Shown: positions 21,400 through 33,767 of the stretch, one piece after another | Position numbering within the stretch: the stretch's first letter is position 1 | How the letters are laid out: each line of letters begins with the position of its first letter | Assembly: GCF_000143415.4 (NCBI RefSeq) | Contig: NW_003314311.1 | Coordinates: 1,062,769-1,126,768, forward strand | Source: Selaginella moellendorffii | Lineage: Eukaryota; Plantae; Lycopodiophyta | Direction: 5' to 3' | Length of the DNA stretch: 64,000 nucleotides | Notes under the pieces: model-generated | What the model saw: only the letters and a program-made list of their open reading frames with translations | Databases searched by the model: none | What the model was told of the DNA's origin: nothing | Program-made: the position numbers and the translations under genes

Positions 21400-24300
21400 A
21401 TCCATTTTATGCTTTGTAGGTGGATGATAATGGGAGTTCTATGGTAGATTTTGCTCGGAAAATGGAAAAATGCTCATCAAATATTAATTTCACAACTTAA
21501 CATCGGCAATTCATGGCAATTGCGAAAGTAAACCTAGCTCTGTTGGTAATATTAGATTATGACTATATAAGTTTATATGGTGAAACATCAACAAAACTCT
21601 ACACCTCTGTGACATATGTATATCGAAGATATGGCAAATAACCATCCCAATCTGAATGCTGAAAGTTCATGTACTTTGCGATCATTCCTTTGAATGTCTA
21701 AACAAACCGTTTCACCAAACTATTTAATTGTGGATGATAAGCACTCATGAAAGTGTGGCGTATCCCCAACCAAGATGTCAAAACATGAAATGCCTTAGCC
21801 ATAAATGCGGGACTATTATCCAAACAAATCCACTCTAGACAAAAATGCTGGAACACCACTCGATTGAGGAGGAAGTATTCAACAACAATTACAAAAGCAC
21901 TAGCAAAAGCACCAACTTTCACCCAACGAGTCAAATAGTCAGAAGCAATAATAACATATTCATTGTTAGCAGTCAATCATGGAAAAGGTCCCATAAGATC
22001 AAATGCCACTAACTCAAACAGATAGGAAATTGCAATTGACTCTAACCATCTTTCCACAACACGAGGGGGAGTATTACAAGCTTGGCACCAAATGCAGCTA
22101 TGCATATACCAGATAATATCACGTTGCATCCGGCCAATAGAAAGACGTGCGTAGCTTCTTGGTCACATGATGATGTCCCATATGCCCACCTAGAACAAGA
22201 CAATCATGGTAAACATGGAGAAACCGTGGAATAAAGACGGAAGGCACCACTAGCCATAAAGGCATCATCAAGATCCGTCCCCACAAAATAAAGAAGGCCA
22301 TTTTCAAGGCAATATTGAGAATGTAAATGCTAGAATGGCAAATCATCAACAAATGATGCAAGATTCTCAAACCCATCTCAAAATCTTCAAATCCACAACT
22401 CAATCTTTTGAGCTTCGTGAACCTCATCAAGAGAAGGTAGATCTTGCTCTACATCTTGTGGGCATTAAACATCGAGTACAACAACCGCCAATGGCATAAA
22501 ATCCTTATCTAGAAAAATCCACAAATGTTGGAACAATAGGCTCGTCAGAAACATGAGAAGAGAGTGAAGAAGGAAGACGAGCTCAATAAAGGGCATCAAC
22601 ATCAACTATAGAACTCCCTAGGTGATGAATAACATCAAAATTATATATTTGAAGCTTCAAAACCCACTGAGTAATTCGACCAACCAGGTTCTTCTGCTTC
22701 AATAATGAAGTAATGCCAGCATGATCACCTTCAAGTAACATCCAAAAACTATATAAATATGCATGAAGTTTTTCGAAACCCTAAACTGCTTGTAAAGACT
22801 CCTTCTCAATCATGGAGTAGTTCACCTCCATTGGTTGTAATGTATGACTTATATACGCAATGGGATGGCACTGACCAAACACACTTGGCCTCTCTTGCAT
22901 CAACACACCTCTAAGACAAATATTAGAAGTATCCACATGCAAAATGAAAGGTTGAATGTAGTCAAGATATGCCAAAACCGGAGGAGTCGTTAATACCTCT
23001 TTGAGATCCACAAATGCCTGCTCACAATCCGGAGACTAGATAAAAGATGATATTGATGACTTCAACAACACTCACAACGGTGCAGTATGATCAGAAAGAT
23101 GATCCACAAAACAACTGAGATACTACACCTTGCCTAGGAAGTGTTGCAAATCATTCACACACTTTGGAGTAGGGAACTTTAGAATAGCCATAAATCTGTC
23201 AAAATCAACTTGTAAACCCTTACGAGAAATATAGTATCCAAGATAAATTGTGTCCTTGAACCCAAACATGCACTTAAACGGCTTCAGCTTTAAACCAACA
23301 TCCTATAGTCGATCCAACACTTTACAAATATCATAGACGTATTCCTCTCATGTCCCCTCCGAGTGGATCAAGACATCATTAATGAAGTTAGTAGTTACCT
23401 CGGCATATCACAAAAAACCTCATCTATCATCTGTTAGAAAGTTGTTGGAGCATTGTTCAAACCAAACAGCATCACTAAAACTCATACAAACCAAATGGTG
23501 TACGAAAAGCAATTTTAGGAATATCTTTTTTAGCCATCAGTACTTGCCAATACCCAGAAGCAAGATCGAGCTTGGTGAATCAACGACTTCTTCCTAGACT
23601 ATCTAAGAGATCAATAATATGAAGAAGAGAGTACGCATCCAAGATCATCACTTTGTTTAACGAATAATAGTCGATGCATAAACAAATACTCCCATAAGAT
23701 TTTGTCATAAGATGAGGTTCACATGCCTAAGGACTCCACAACTTTTGAATAACACCCTTTTACAACATCCTTTTGACATTTGCATATAAAATCTTGATTT
23801 TTAACAGGAACTTTGATTAGACAAGCATCCCTAGTTGGAATCGGATGACATGTGAAAATCTTAGCCCCAGATGATAGGTCAAATTCAAAGATATTGACAT
23901 ACTCTTTCATGAGCTGGTCAACCGCTGCAACACAAAGACTGTCAAAGGGATCGGAAAAGGAAAGAGTGAAATAAGACAGAAACATAAGAAGAAGTATGGG
24001 GAGACAAAAGTAATGGAAGCAAAGGTAAAAGTAAAAGGACGAAGAGGTATGGAAGTGAGAGGAATGGATGAAATATAAAGAAGTATGAGATAAAAGGGAG
24101 AAACCTCAAAGTCACACTTGGCATGATTATGCTGCAAAAAATCTATACCAAGGATGAGGTCAAAAGTTTAATTCGGCACCCCCCACAATGACTACAACCC
24201 AAGCTTGAGATTGCCCACACGCACAACTAGGTTCACCTCATCCCATGCATGTACATGTGTATGGCCGTTGCCATAAAGAATAAAAACTAGCTCTACCACA

Positions 24301-25975
24301 CAACGTAAGTGTTGACGGCAATGTGTGGCAATAGATCGAGCGATAGAAGATAAGCTCAAACTTGTATCAACCAATACGAAGAAAATAATAAAAGACTTCT
24401 TGTTATAAAAGCGAGCTTAGAAAGTAAACACTTGATGAATTGGTGTTGAGTGAACCCCTTGATGATACTCCTAAAAGAAAGATGAAGGGGTCACTGACTT
24501 ATTTGCACAAGATCCCTCCGTTATTTATGTGACTCCTTGTTTCCTGGATGCATCTCAGTGTCTAGACCTTCCATTACAGCAGCACTAACAGTATGTTGTT
24601 GACACCAAAGTCTCTACCCAGGAAATGGGGCCTATCAATCTGGAAAACATTGACAATGTTGATAAATGTGACCAACATCACATGCCCAACAGTGAACATC
24701 ACAGCCATGACCATGTCCTCACCCTTGTCCTTAAACTCGAGTAGTAGTAGCATCAACCTCCATTGGAATAGGACCATCACCCACAGGAAGTGGAGTTGAA
24801 GAACGCACAGCAAGAAGTGGAAGAGGTGACATTTTATAACATTGTACCAAGCGAAAAGCATCATCAAGGGTGGCTAGAGCAAGTGCATGTACGAGTCCAA
24901 CAAGATCTTAACAAAGTGTTGGCCATAACATTCCTAGCTTGATCCACTCCGACATATTTGGCTCTACACGAAGCAAGATGCTTCGGAAACGAACACCAAA
25001 TTACATCACTGACTTAGATAGCTCTTGACGAAGATGATGCAATTGTTGGAAGGCATTATCACATCATGCAGTTGCTTCCACCGCTACTCCAGTGTCCCAG
25101 TGTATCCCACTGACAGCCTCATAAGGCCGGCTCCAACACCAGCCTCGGCCCTCTCTGCCTCGTTCAGCTCACTACTCGTGCTCAAGGGCGAGCATGACAT
25201 GAGAGTCTCGTGGTAGCCGAGGCTTGGCATGTCCAAATGCGTGTTTAAAAATGTTTGAGAGAACACTCCAATCTCTACAAGTGGTTGCACTTAAACTATT
25301 ATACCACTGTAGTGCCATCTTTTGAAGACACGTAGGAAATTTATGCAAATATCAAGCATCATCCCAAGAATGATATGTGGCAATCACCATGAAGTGATTA
25401 AACCAATGGTTCATATCATCCCCATGATTCCCACGAAAGAACTCCGGCCGAATGTGAGGATTGGCAGCAAAAGTAGGAAGAGCTATACCACGTGCTAGCT
25501 ATCAACTGAGTTTGGTTGTTCAATTGCAATCATATAGCACTAAGCAATTGCATCAATTGTTGCATTAAAGTCAAAGGAGGAGATTATTGCTCTACCATGA
25601 AAATGAATAAAAAGGAAAGAGAAAAATAAGAGAAAAGAAAAAAACCTAGAAGAAAAAGGAAATTTAAACAATGCAAAAATTAGATCTAAACCAAAATCCT
25701 AAAAGGAAAGAACAAAAGAAAGGAAATGGAAAAAACTAAATTTAGATGATGCAAAAGTTAGATTTAAACTAAAATTCTAAATCTAAACACTCCTCAAGGA
25801 CAATCAAAGGTACCCCTCATCTCCACCAATGTGAGTACATGGAATATATAGAAAATATACATATCAATTAACCCAAAAACCCTAGTTTATATGGTTCAGA
25901 TTGAAACCAATCTGATAGCTACCAAAATCCCACTATGCTAATATTAGTATATGGCATTGTAGCCGTATACTTGGA
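21400..25975 (-). mobile_element. Degenerate Ty3/gypsy LTR retrotransposon (gag-PR-RT-RH-IN remnants, possible 5' LTR ~25308-25975)
   Basis: Integrase (YVIIASDYLTRWV, SAYHPQLNSLVKRF; GGHMGH..V..KLR..FYWP), RNase H (PVLAYLDYIQPFILHVDTS...PIAYIS), RT remnants at 23100-23800. PBS-like TGGTATAATAG next to ...CTACA at 25308 on the minus strand. Many stops and frameshifts. Confidence 0.8.
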
Positions 25976-25977
25976 CT

Positions 25978-28468
25978 TATATATTGAAATAAATATTTTA
26001 TATGTTCAATTCCTCATTATTTCAATAAAATAGATTTTTCAAGAGACATCTTTAATAATCATGTGTACTAAATAGCAAAGCTTGAAAACAAGTCATTGCC
26101 TCAAAAATCTCTTGGTCCATATGCAATGCACAAGGATCACTTGTGACCATTCACCTCTTCAGAGAGTGGGAAATAGTCTGCAAGGTGCCACCTAGATCCC
26201 TGGATATGACAACCAGATTTTGCCATGCACAGTTGCATCTGCTAATGGTTACACTTTCCATCTTGTTTGCAATCTGCTGCCATTGAACATAGAATAACAA
26301 CCTTCTCCTTTCTTCCCAGCGCAGCAAGTATTCATGGTGCTTGAGGTGTATCAAGGCCATATAATCTGCTTTTGTCCACGTTTTACTATGCTTGATCAAC
26401 TGCTCTGGTCCCTATCCAAATGAAGCACATTCAAGAAAAAGCTTTAATAGTACTTTTGATGATAGATACCTTGTCATCACCTCATTCCCACTTCCCATTG
26501 CAACCCATGAGCCATCAAATTAATTTCATTGAGACAGAGCTAGCCTTGTTCTTGGTGGAAGAGGAGCTGGATAGGGGCAGCCAAGGCAATTGTCAGCATA
26601 AGTGAGGGTAGATCCATGATGGCATAAGAGGTGGAGATCCAGTTACTGACACAACATAGCCACATATAGTTCCAGCAACTATATAGTCTTCAAGAAAGAG
26701 CTTCTCGATCTTCAACGGAGATCACCACCACCACAGATCGATGCCTTTCAAGAACATGCTCCTACTCATCTTCTTACAGCGACTCCTCCGACCACCACCA
26801 TAAAATCTCGCACGTTACCACAACTTTCAGACCACCTTTGATTCAGTGAAGCTCTTCGGTACCACCTGATGGTTGCTGGTGCCAGCCGTGTGACTCTCCA
26901 CACTTGGCCGTGCCACATCTTTGCGTGCAAGAGAGCCACAAAAACCCTAGAAGTTCTTTTACCCCTTTGGAGTTACCTTTTACCCTGACGCGCTTTTCAG
27001 CAATGCGCGGCGAGGTGATTCTTTGGATTTGTTCATTAACTAACCCAGAGGTTCGTTGCCGCATGAACTGCTGTTCAGGAGTCAGGATCGAGCATTGGAG
27101 CTAGGTCAAGTGTGCAAGCAGTGGAGCAGCTACATGCCTAGACTGGAGCTCAACTTTTTGCGCAAGTTTCCCGACGTTCCCGAGGTGATCGAGGCTGCTT
27201 TGTGCAGCACCCTGCGTGAAAGGCCTGGCCTTCGCCGTCTCCGCATCAACACACCGCCTGTCAGTATTTCTAAGCTGCTTTCAAGCAGGTTTCGTTTTGT
27301 GTCTGTTCCTTTCCTTCATAGCTTTTGAACAATTTACACTCTCGTGCATCACTTGAGATTTTAGACTTTTATATTTCCGACGGCGGCATACCATGGTCTT
27401 TCAGCTGTAAGGTGGCTGCAGCGTGCCCGAAGTTACACTCTTTCTCGATTTCCTGTGAATCGATTGTAGGTACGTATCCTCGAGAAGTCAAGCTTCACGG
27501 ATTCGTTCGCTGCTGCTTGAAGGTGAAATCAGCTGGCTACGGAAAATCCAAGAAGTTGTCCTAGTTTGTGAGTTCATGCCCTGCTCTAGAGATGCTTGTG
27601 CTCTACTGGCCAAGATTCTCTGCTCTACGAATTCATGCTCCACAGTTCCAGTCTCAAGTTTCTCAAGTGTCTTGGAGTTGAACGTCATGACAAAAGCGTT
27701 AAACTGAATGCTCCGAACCTTGAAGTCCTGGATGTGGATGTTAGTAGTAATGGAGGATTGAACCAGCTGCATAGCTTGAGGCTAAGCTCATCTGTTCGGC
27801 TCATGGCTCGCGTACGACATCCCTCTGTCAAAGACGCTTCACGCATCAAAGATATTACTGCTGTTCATGTCTTTCATGTTCGAGATTTGTTTATTGGCAA
27901 CATTGTCGAGGTATAAGCCATTTTTTGGTTGGCAGTTGGTTTCTAAGATGGTTCTTAATTTGTGGCAGATTATACCAAATTCTCAAACAAGTTCTCTGAG
28001 AATGCCGTCTTTGGAAAGGGTGGCCAGAGACTGTCATGCGGCAAAGAAAGCTACCGACATAGAAAGCTTCGTTTCCATTATCCTCACTCATCGAAGTTGG
28101 AGCTCCTTCTGCTCATGAACTTACCTTCCAGGTATAGGAAGAATGTGCCTTCTGATCCACGAGTAAGAATAGCACGTTCCGAAGCTGATAAAAAGCTTGT
28201 TCAAGCAATCAAGTTTGTTCCACCGTTTGAGGATGAGTCCACATTACCTGAGCTTCCTCCAGGCCAACCAGTTCGAAATTAATGACATACGAATTGTATA
28301 CTCAACAAAGCAGCAGGTGAGTAGATATAATGCTGTTTTCAACCAGTACTATCCATATTGTTCATGTAGTGCCTGATTTCTATCACACTTCCGGCGGAGA
28401 TTGAGAAGCTTGCTTGTGAGTGCAGTAATGCACCATTTGGAAAAGGCAGATGCTCTGCATGAGACATT
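25978..28468 (+). repeat. Right arm of the inverted duplication (partner 16046-18483)
   Basis: Reverse-complement identity to 16046-18483. Confidence 0.92.
26085..26508 (-). pseudogene. Trihelix/Myb-SANT-like gene copy
   Basis: IKHSKTWTKADYMALIHLKHHEYLLRWEERRRLLFYVQWQQIANKMESVTISRCNCAWQNLV; same first exon as 19642-19689; 3' part apparently frameshifted relative to the 19.2-kb copy. Confidence 0.6.
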
Positions 28469-29590
28469 GAATTATGTTAAGAGAACTTCATGACTTTCAG
28501 GTGATTCGGATGTTTATGATCCGAGCTATCGCAAGTCAGTCAAGCTCAATCCTGAAGAGTTTGTGACAGACTTCCATCCAGCAAACTACGAGATTTTGGA
28601 CATAGTGAGGGACACACTAGTCCCAAACGCAACCAGCCTCAGGGCTGAGCTGCACAAGCTGACTCTGTACCGAGCTGGGGACTATTTTAAAACACACGTA
28701 TATATACCGCGGGATGGCCTCGTTGCATCTTTGGTCCTGAGCTGGGAAGAAGCCGCGACAGAAGAATGGTTCTAACAAGCGGGATGCTAAACGAGATGCT
28801 TTCACCTTGAAAATGTCGACTTCATGCAGATTACATTTCCAGTCAGCCTCCAGGTAATCACAGTGGTGGGAGACTTGTAGTGCGACATGGAAAGGTGGAG
28901 GAGACACTTCAAATCGACGAGAACAAGAGCAGTATCAATATCCACTGACTGCAAGCATGAAGTGGAGGAAGTTAAAACAGGCCCACGTTGACATACAATC
29001 TTTACAGCAACGGGGTAAAATCCCTATCGTTGTCCAGTTTAGCTGATCATACTGGCTCTACAATCTACTAAGAGTTTCTGAAGCTCAAGTCTAAAAGGAG
29101 TAGCAGATGGCTGCTGGTGGGATTCCCCTGTGGGCACAGATATCCTCTCAACGAAGGTGAAAGGAGGACGTGTGAGGAAATGGCTTACATGTTGACAGGG
29201 GGTCCTCTTTTGGGCTGCTAAACTTAATCCACTTGTGGTTCAATTATGGGAAGAAAAACCAAAAGAAAAGAAGGATATCTATGTTAGCCAGAATTGTCTG
29301 GGATTTATGCTATCTTTGGAGGTGCAAGAGTGGAGTTCAATTCTATGTTTCCGGCATTTGATGAACCAAACAGGAAATTGATTACGTGGTTGGTCATTTT
29401 TTTCTTTTTGATCTCTACATTGTTTTGTTGCTCTAACTTTCTAGTTTCCCAACAGATTGGTGGAGCTGGCCTCTTTTATGGAAACGATGTTCACCGTATG
29501 CTTTAGCTGTTGTGGTCCGGAGGATGAAAATGACGGCACAGTCCCCTACTGCAATGGTCCGGAGGGCAACTACACAGATTACAAGGATGA
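27003..29590 (+). pseudogene. Decayed cassette copy C: F-box/LRR region followed by fungal-type Fe(II)/2OG dioxygenase domain
   Basis: LPHELL...ALELGQVCKQW; AAACPKLHSFSI; LNAPNLEVLDV; then APFGKG...VYDPSYRKSVKLNPEEFVTDFHPANYEILDIVRDTLVPNATSLRAELHKLTLYRAGDYFKTHVYIPRDGLVASLVL, a ~110-nt insertion, then PGNHSGGRLVVRHG...HEVEEVK..TLTYNLY. Contains stops. Confidence 0.72.
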
Positions 29591-29719
29591 CTGAGGTTCG
29601 AGCGGCTCGTTTGGATGTTGTCTAACAGTTGATATAAAATTACATTAATCTATCTGGATGGATCGAAAATGAAAACAATTAGGAAAGAGCCCAGTTGCTT
29701 TGTGGTGCTCTCTCCAGGA

Positions 29720-30135
29720 TCATCAAGTGCACAATCCATGAACACCACGGAGAAAACAGCTCACAGCATTCTTTGCTGGGTAATATTTCTAGTGTGGCAG
29801 CTAGGATTAATCTTGCCCTCCTGACAGAATCAAAGAGAAAGAAATATGAACACGAAAAGATGAATCCAAATGCTCACTTGCGAGCTTCTTCGTTTATGCA
29901 TTTGAGTGTCGCTCTAGCCTGGAGAACAAGAAAAAAAAGGAAAAATTGAGGGATTTTGTTGCCAAACCTGGTGTGTTCTGAGTGAATTGAGCAAGTGATG
30001 CATGTTTCTGAGAATGAGGCCCCACTCTTCGAGCATACTGAGAAGGCCTCTCCACCAAAGCGTCGGCGAGCTTGGAGCACAAGTTATCGGTTCAAAGCCT
30101 TGAGCTCCTTGTTTTCTAAACTCCCAAACTCTGAG
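29720..30135 (+). repeat. Copy 3 of the dispersed decayed coding-like segment (see 5990-6335)
   Basis: EHTEKASPPKRRRAWST vs STTEKASPPERRAPSP; shared nucleotide blocks. Confidence 0.75.
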
Positions 30136-30208
30136 AGAAAGATCAATCCACTCAAGCAATGTTCCTGTAAGTTTGATAGTTACTAAAAGTTGATATGATA
30201 TGATCAAT

Positions 30209-32820
30209 CTACCAGTAGTCCCTGCAAGAACAGCTACCATTCTCAAACAAATGAAACCGCGCAGCGTCCCTCACAACGATCTTCCTCCCGGTAATCCTCG
30301 ACATAAACTTGGTAGCGGTGTGACAATCCAAGCACACCCTCAAGTTCTTCACGATCCTCAGCATCGACTTCCCAGGCACCACCATATTCCCATAGACAAT
30401 CGCCAGCTTCTCGCTGTGGCAAACCAGCAAATCCTCCTTCTCCTCCTCCTCTAAGTCGTGAAATACGCTGCTCGTATCGGGCACGTATCCCAGCCCTTTC
30501 ATCTCCTCCACCATCTTTCCCAGCTCCACGTAAATCTCCTCCCCCTGTGGATGTGACCTATCCCCGGACACGAACTCATGCACCACGTCCCCGATCTCTA
30601 TCCAGCTCTTCCCGGGGCTCTTCTTCACGCCCCGCGCAGCCATGATCTTCCGGATCTTCTCCACGTCCTTCCACCGCCCGGCCGCGGCGTAGATGTTGGA
30701 GAGCAAGACGTATCCCCCGGAAGTCCACGGCACCCTGTCCACCACTTGATCCGCGGCTCTCACCCCTCGCTTGAGATCTCCGTGCGTCTTGCAAGCCCCG
30801 AGCAGCGACATCCACTGCACGGCGTTGGCTTGTATCGGCATCGACTTGAGCACCAGCTCGGCCTCCGCCAGCCTCCCTCCTCGTCCGAGGAGATCGATGA
30901 TGCAGCCGAAGTGTGGGACGCTCGGTTTGATCCGGTGGTCGTCTTGCATGCGGTAGAAGTAGTCGAGGCCGTCGGCGACGAGGCCGCCATGGCTGCAAGC
31001 CGAGAGAAGCCCGACGAAGGTCACCTCGGTCGGCTTCACACCTTGGAGATCCATCTCCTGGTAGAGCAGCAGCGCTTGATCGCTGTGGCCGTGGTAAGCG
31101 TACGAGGAGATGATGGTGTTCCACGAGATCTCGTCCTTGAGCTTCATGGAGTGGAAGACGTCGAGAGCTTCGTCCAGACAGCCACACTTCCCGTACATGT
31201 GAACGAGTGCGTTGGAGACGAGCAAGTTGGCGTCGAAGTTCGTGGCTCGGACCCTGGCGTGGATGGCGCGGCCTTGCTTGAGCGCCGAGAGCTCCGCGCA
31301 GACGTCGATCACCGTGACGAAAGTGCCCTGCTTCGGTGCTAGATCGGTGGTGTCGTGCATGGATCTGTAGAGGTCGAGTGCTTGCTTGCCTCGGCCGTGC
31401 TGCGCGTAGGCGGCGATCATCGCGTTCCAGCAGACTGAATCGGCGTCGTGCCTGATCGAGTCGAAGACTTTGCGGGCTTCTTCCAGATCTCCACACTTGC
31501 TGTACATGTTGAGCAATGCGGTGCCAACCACCACGTCCTGGAAGTGGAAGTTGTCATTGAAGATTACAAAAGAGAAAGAAGAAAACTAGAAGAACAAGAG
31601 AAAGACGAGAACAAGAGAACAAGAGAAAGAAGAAAACTAGAACAAACGAGAACTTAGAAGAAACTAAGCGAGAACTTGGAAGAAAACTAGAAGAGCAAAC
31701 GAGAACTTAGAAGTAAACAAACGAGAACTTGAAAGAAACAAACGAGAACTTAGAAGAAAACTAGAAGAACAAACGAAAACAAAAGAGAACTTGCAAGAAA
31801 ACTAGAAGAACAACGAGATCTTGGAAGGAAACTAGAACTTAGAACTTCGAAGAAAACTAGAAAAGAATTTATAAAAAAACTAGAAGAACAAGAGAAAGAA
31901 GAAAACTCTACCTTGTGGAGCTCCTTTCCCTCCCTGCGAAGCATCTCATGGATCTCCCTCCCCTGTTCCAAGTCCTCCAAGTTAGAACAAGCCTCGATCG
32001 CGATGCTAAAGCTAAACTTATCTGGCCTCGCGCTCCTCGAGCGCTCGCACATCTCCCGGAAGAGCTCCAGGGCCTCGCGATCCCTCCCATCCAGCTTGTA
32101 GTTCGTCATCATCGCGTTCCAAGTCACCGAGTTCTTCCACTGGAGCTCCTCGAAGGCCGCCCTCGCGTCGTCCAATCGGCCACACTTGCCATACATGCTG
32201 ATCACCGCAGTGCCCACCACCACATTGGGCAGCAGCCCACTGATCCGCGCGTACCGATGGATCTCCCTCCCCTGATCGATCGCGGCCGCGCCCATCTGCG
32301 CGATCGCTGCTAAGATCACGCTGAAAGTCACTCGATCGGGCCTCTCCCCGGACTGGTACATCCGCCGGAAGAAGACGAGCGCCTCGCTGTGGCAGCCATT
32401 GTGGGAGAAGGCTGCCATCGCCACGGTCCAGGTGTGGACGTTCCTGGAAGGCATGGATTCGAAGAGCTCGCGCGCGTACGGCAGCCGGCCACACTTGCCG
32501 TACATCTCGATGAGGAGATTGGCGAGAAATGGGGGCTGCGAATTGCTGTGCGGGAGGGAGAGAATGTGAGAATGGAGGCGGCGCGCGGCGGAGATGGCAT
32601 TGGCGGCGCCGCAGCGGCGGATGAGCGCAGCATAGCCGACGGGATCGAGTTCCAATTCGCGCGACTCTAGGAGCTGAATGGATTTGTGCAAGCTCTCACG
32701 CTCACCGAAGGAATTCGCTCGATTGCTTGAAGAATTCTGCTGCTGCTGCTGCCATTTCGTGAGAGGATGCGATGGCGGCGTGGATTTCTTCAGAGGAAGT
32801 GGAGATTCAATCGTTCCCAT
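30209..32820 (-). CDS. PLS-E-DYW PPR protein (organellar C-to-U RNA-editing factor), 2 exons (31912-32820, 30209-31537), 745 aa
   Basis: In-frame join KELHK|DVVVGTALL over a 374-nt GT-AG intron. PG box (SPGKSWIEI), HSEKLA, CLDCH, C-terminal SCRDYW; deaminase motif HxE(x)nCxxC intact. Confidence 0.95.
31565..31908. repeat. Intronic tandem array of AGAAGAAAACTAGAAGAACAA / ACGAGAACTT-type units
   Basis: GAAAACTAG and CGAGAACTT recur many times through the intron. Confidence 0.85.
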
Positions 32821-33134
32821 TCATCCTTGCCGCAAGAACCCTAAACCTCAAGAGCCCTAAAAAAGTTAAAAGTTCTTTTACCCCTTCGGATTTACTAATT
32901 TTACCCTGACGCGCTTTTCTCCCAGAATCGCAAGGAAATCTCTTCCAGTTTAGTATGTCCGCCATAGCCAGATGGGAGCCAAGTGTGGAAGCTACTGCCA
33001 CGTGGCGGTGGACGAGCTCACAGTGCGCGGTGATTTTGGGCGAGTTTTGGAGCGATTCTTTGGCATTGGCGAGAGGATTCGTTCTTGCGCTGTGATCCAA
33101 TCGATTCTATCATCAATCTCTTGTGAATTTGGAC
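32821..33134. promoter_or_regulatory. Bidirectional promoter region between PPR-DYW and MADS-box genes, with G-box GCCACGTGGC (32997-33006) and telo-box-like AACCCTA
   Basis: Head-to-head ATGs 314 nt apart; motifs seen in sequence. Confidence 0.55.
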
Positions 33135-33767
33135 ATGGGGCGGGCCAAGATCGAGATCAAGAAGATCGAGAATCGCAGCGCCCGCCAGGTTTGCTTCTCC
33201 AAGCGCCGCATGGGTCTGATCAAGAAGGCGAGCGAGCTGTCCATCCTCTGTGGCTCCGAGGTGGGGATCATCGTCTTCTCGCAGGCGGGCAAGGCCTTCT
33301 CTTTCGGGCATCCCTGCATCGATTACGTGATCGACAAGACGCTCAAGCGGCCCGTGCAGGTGAATTGCGAGAAGATCGAGAGGATCCGACAGCTAGAGAA
33401 GCAGTACAACGAATTGCTCCAGGAGCTGGAGAATGAGAATGAGAAGCACGCCATCTTGCAGAGGGAGTTCGCGGGAGGAGGAGGAGGAGGGCGGGGATTG
33501 CAGTGGTGGGAGGAGGATGTGAGCGGCATGGGAATCGAGGAGCTCAAGCAGCATGCCGAGTCGCTGGAAGCGATGTACAGGGTTGTGATTGAGCGCGCCA
33601 AGTTCTTGCAAGTCCAGGCATCGCTCGTGTCCTATCAATTGCCATCACATTTCTTAGGCGATGATAACTTCCAGCACGAACAAGATCAAGAAAAGCATCA
33701 GCTCTCACTACTATTACCCCCAATTCCAGATGATTTGTGTGAGAATGAGAATGGCAAGAGAGTGTAA
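33135..33767 (+). CDS. Type I (M-alpha, AGL62-like) MADS-box transcription factor, intronless, 210 aa
   Basis: [60 protein letters not shown]; coiled coil and WWE..V..M..EEL motif; no K-box exon structure. Confidence 0.92.
   Translation: MGRAKIEIKKIENRSARQVCFSKRRMGLIKKASELSILCGSEVGIIVFSQAGKAFSFGHPCIDYVIDKTLKRPVQVNCEKIERIRQLEKQYNELLQELENENEKHAILQREFAGGGGGGRGLQWWEEDVSGMGIEELKQHAESLEAMYRVVIERAKFLQVQASLVSYQLPSHFLGDDNFQHEQDQEKHQLSLLLPPIPDDLCENENGKRV

Noticed and set aside
31565-31908. CRISPR-like or coding (Ser/Phe-rich or Glu/Lys-rich) repeat
   Set aside because: No unique spacers, eukaryotic context, and it lies within a GT-AG intron.
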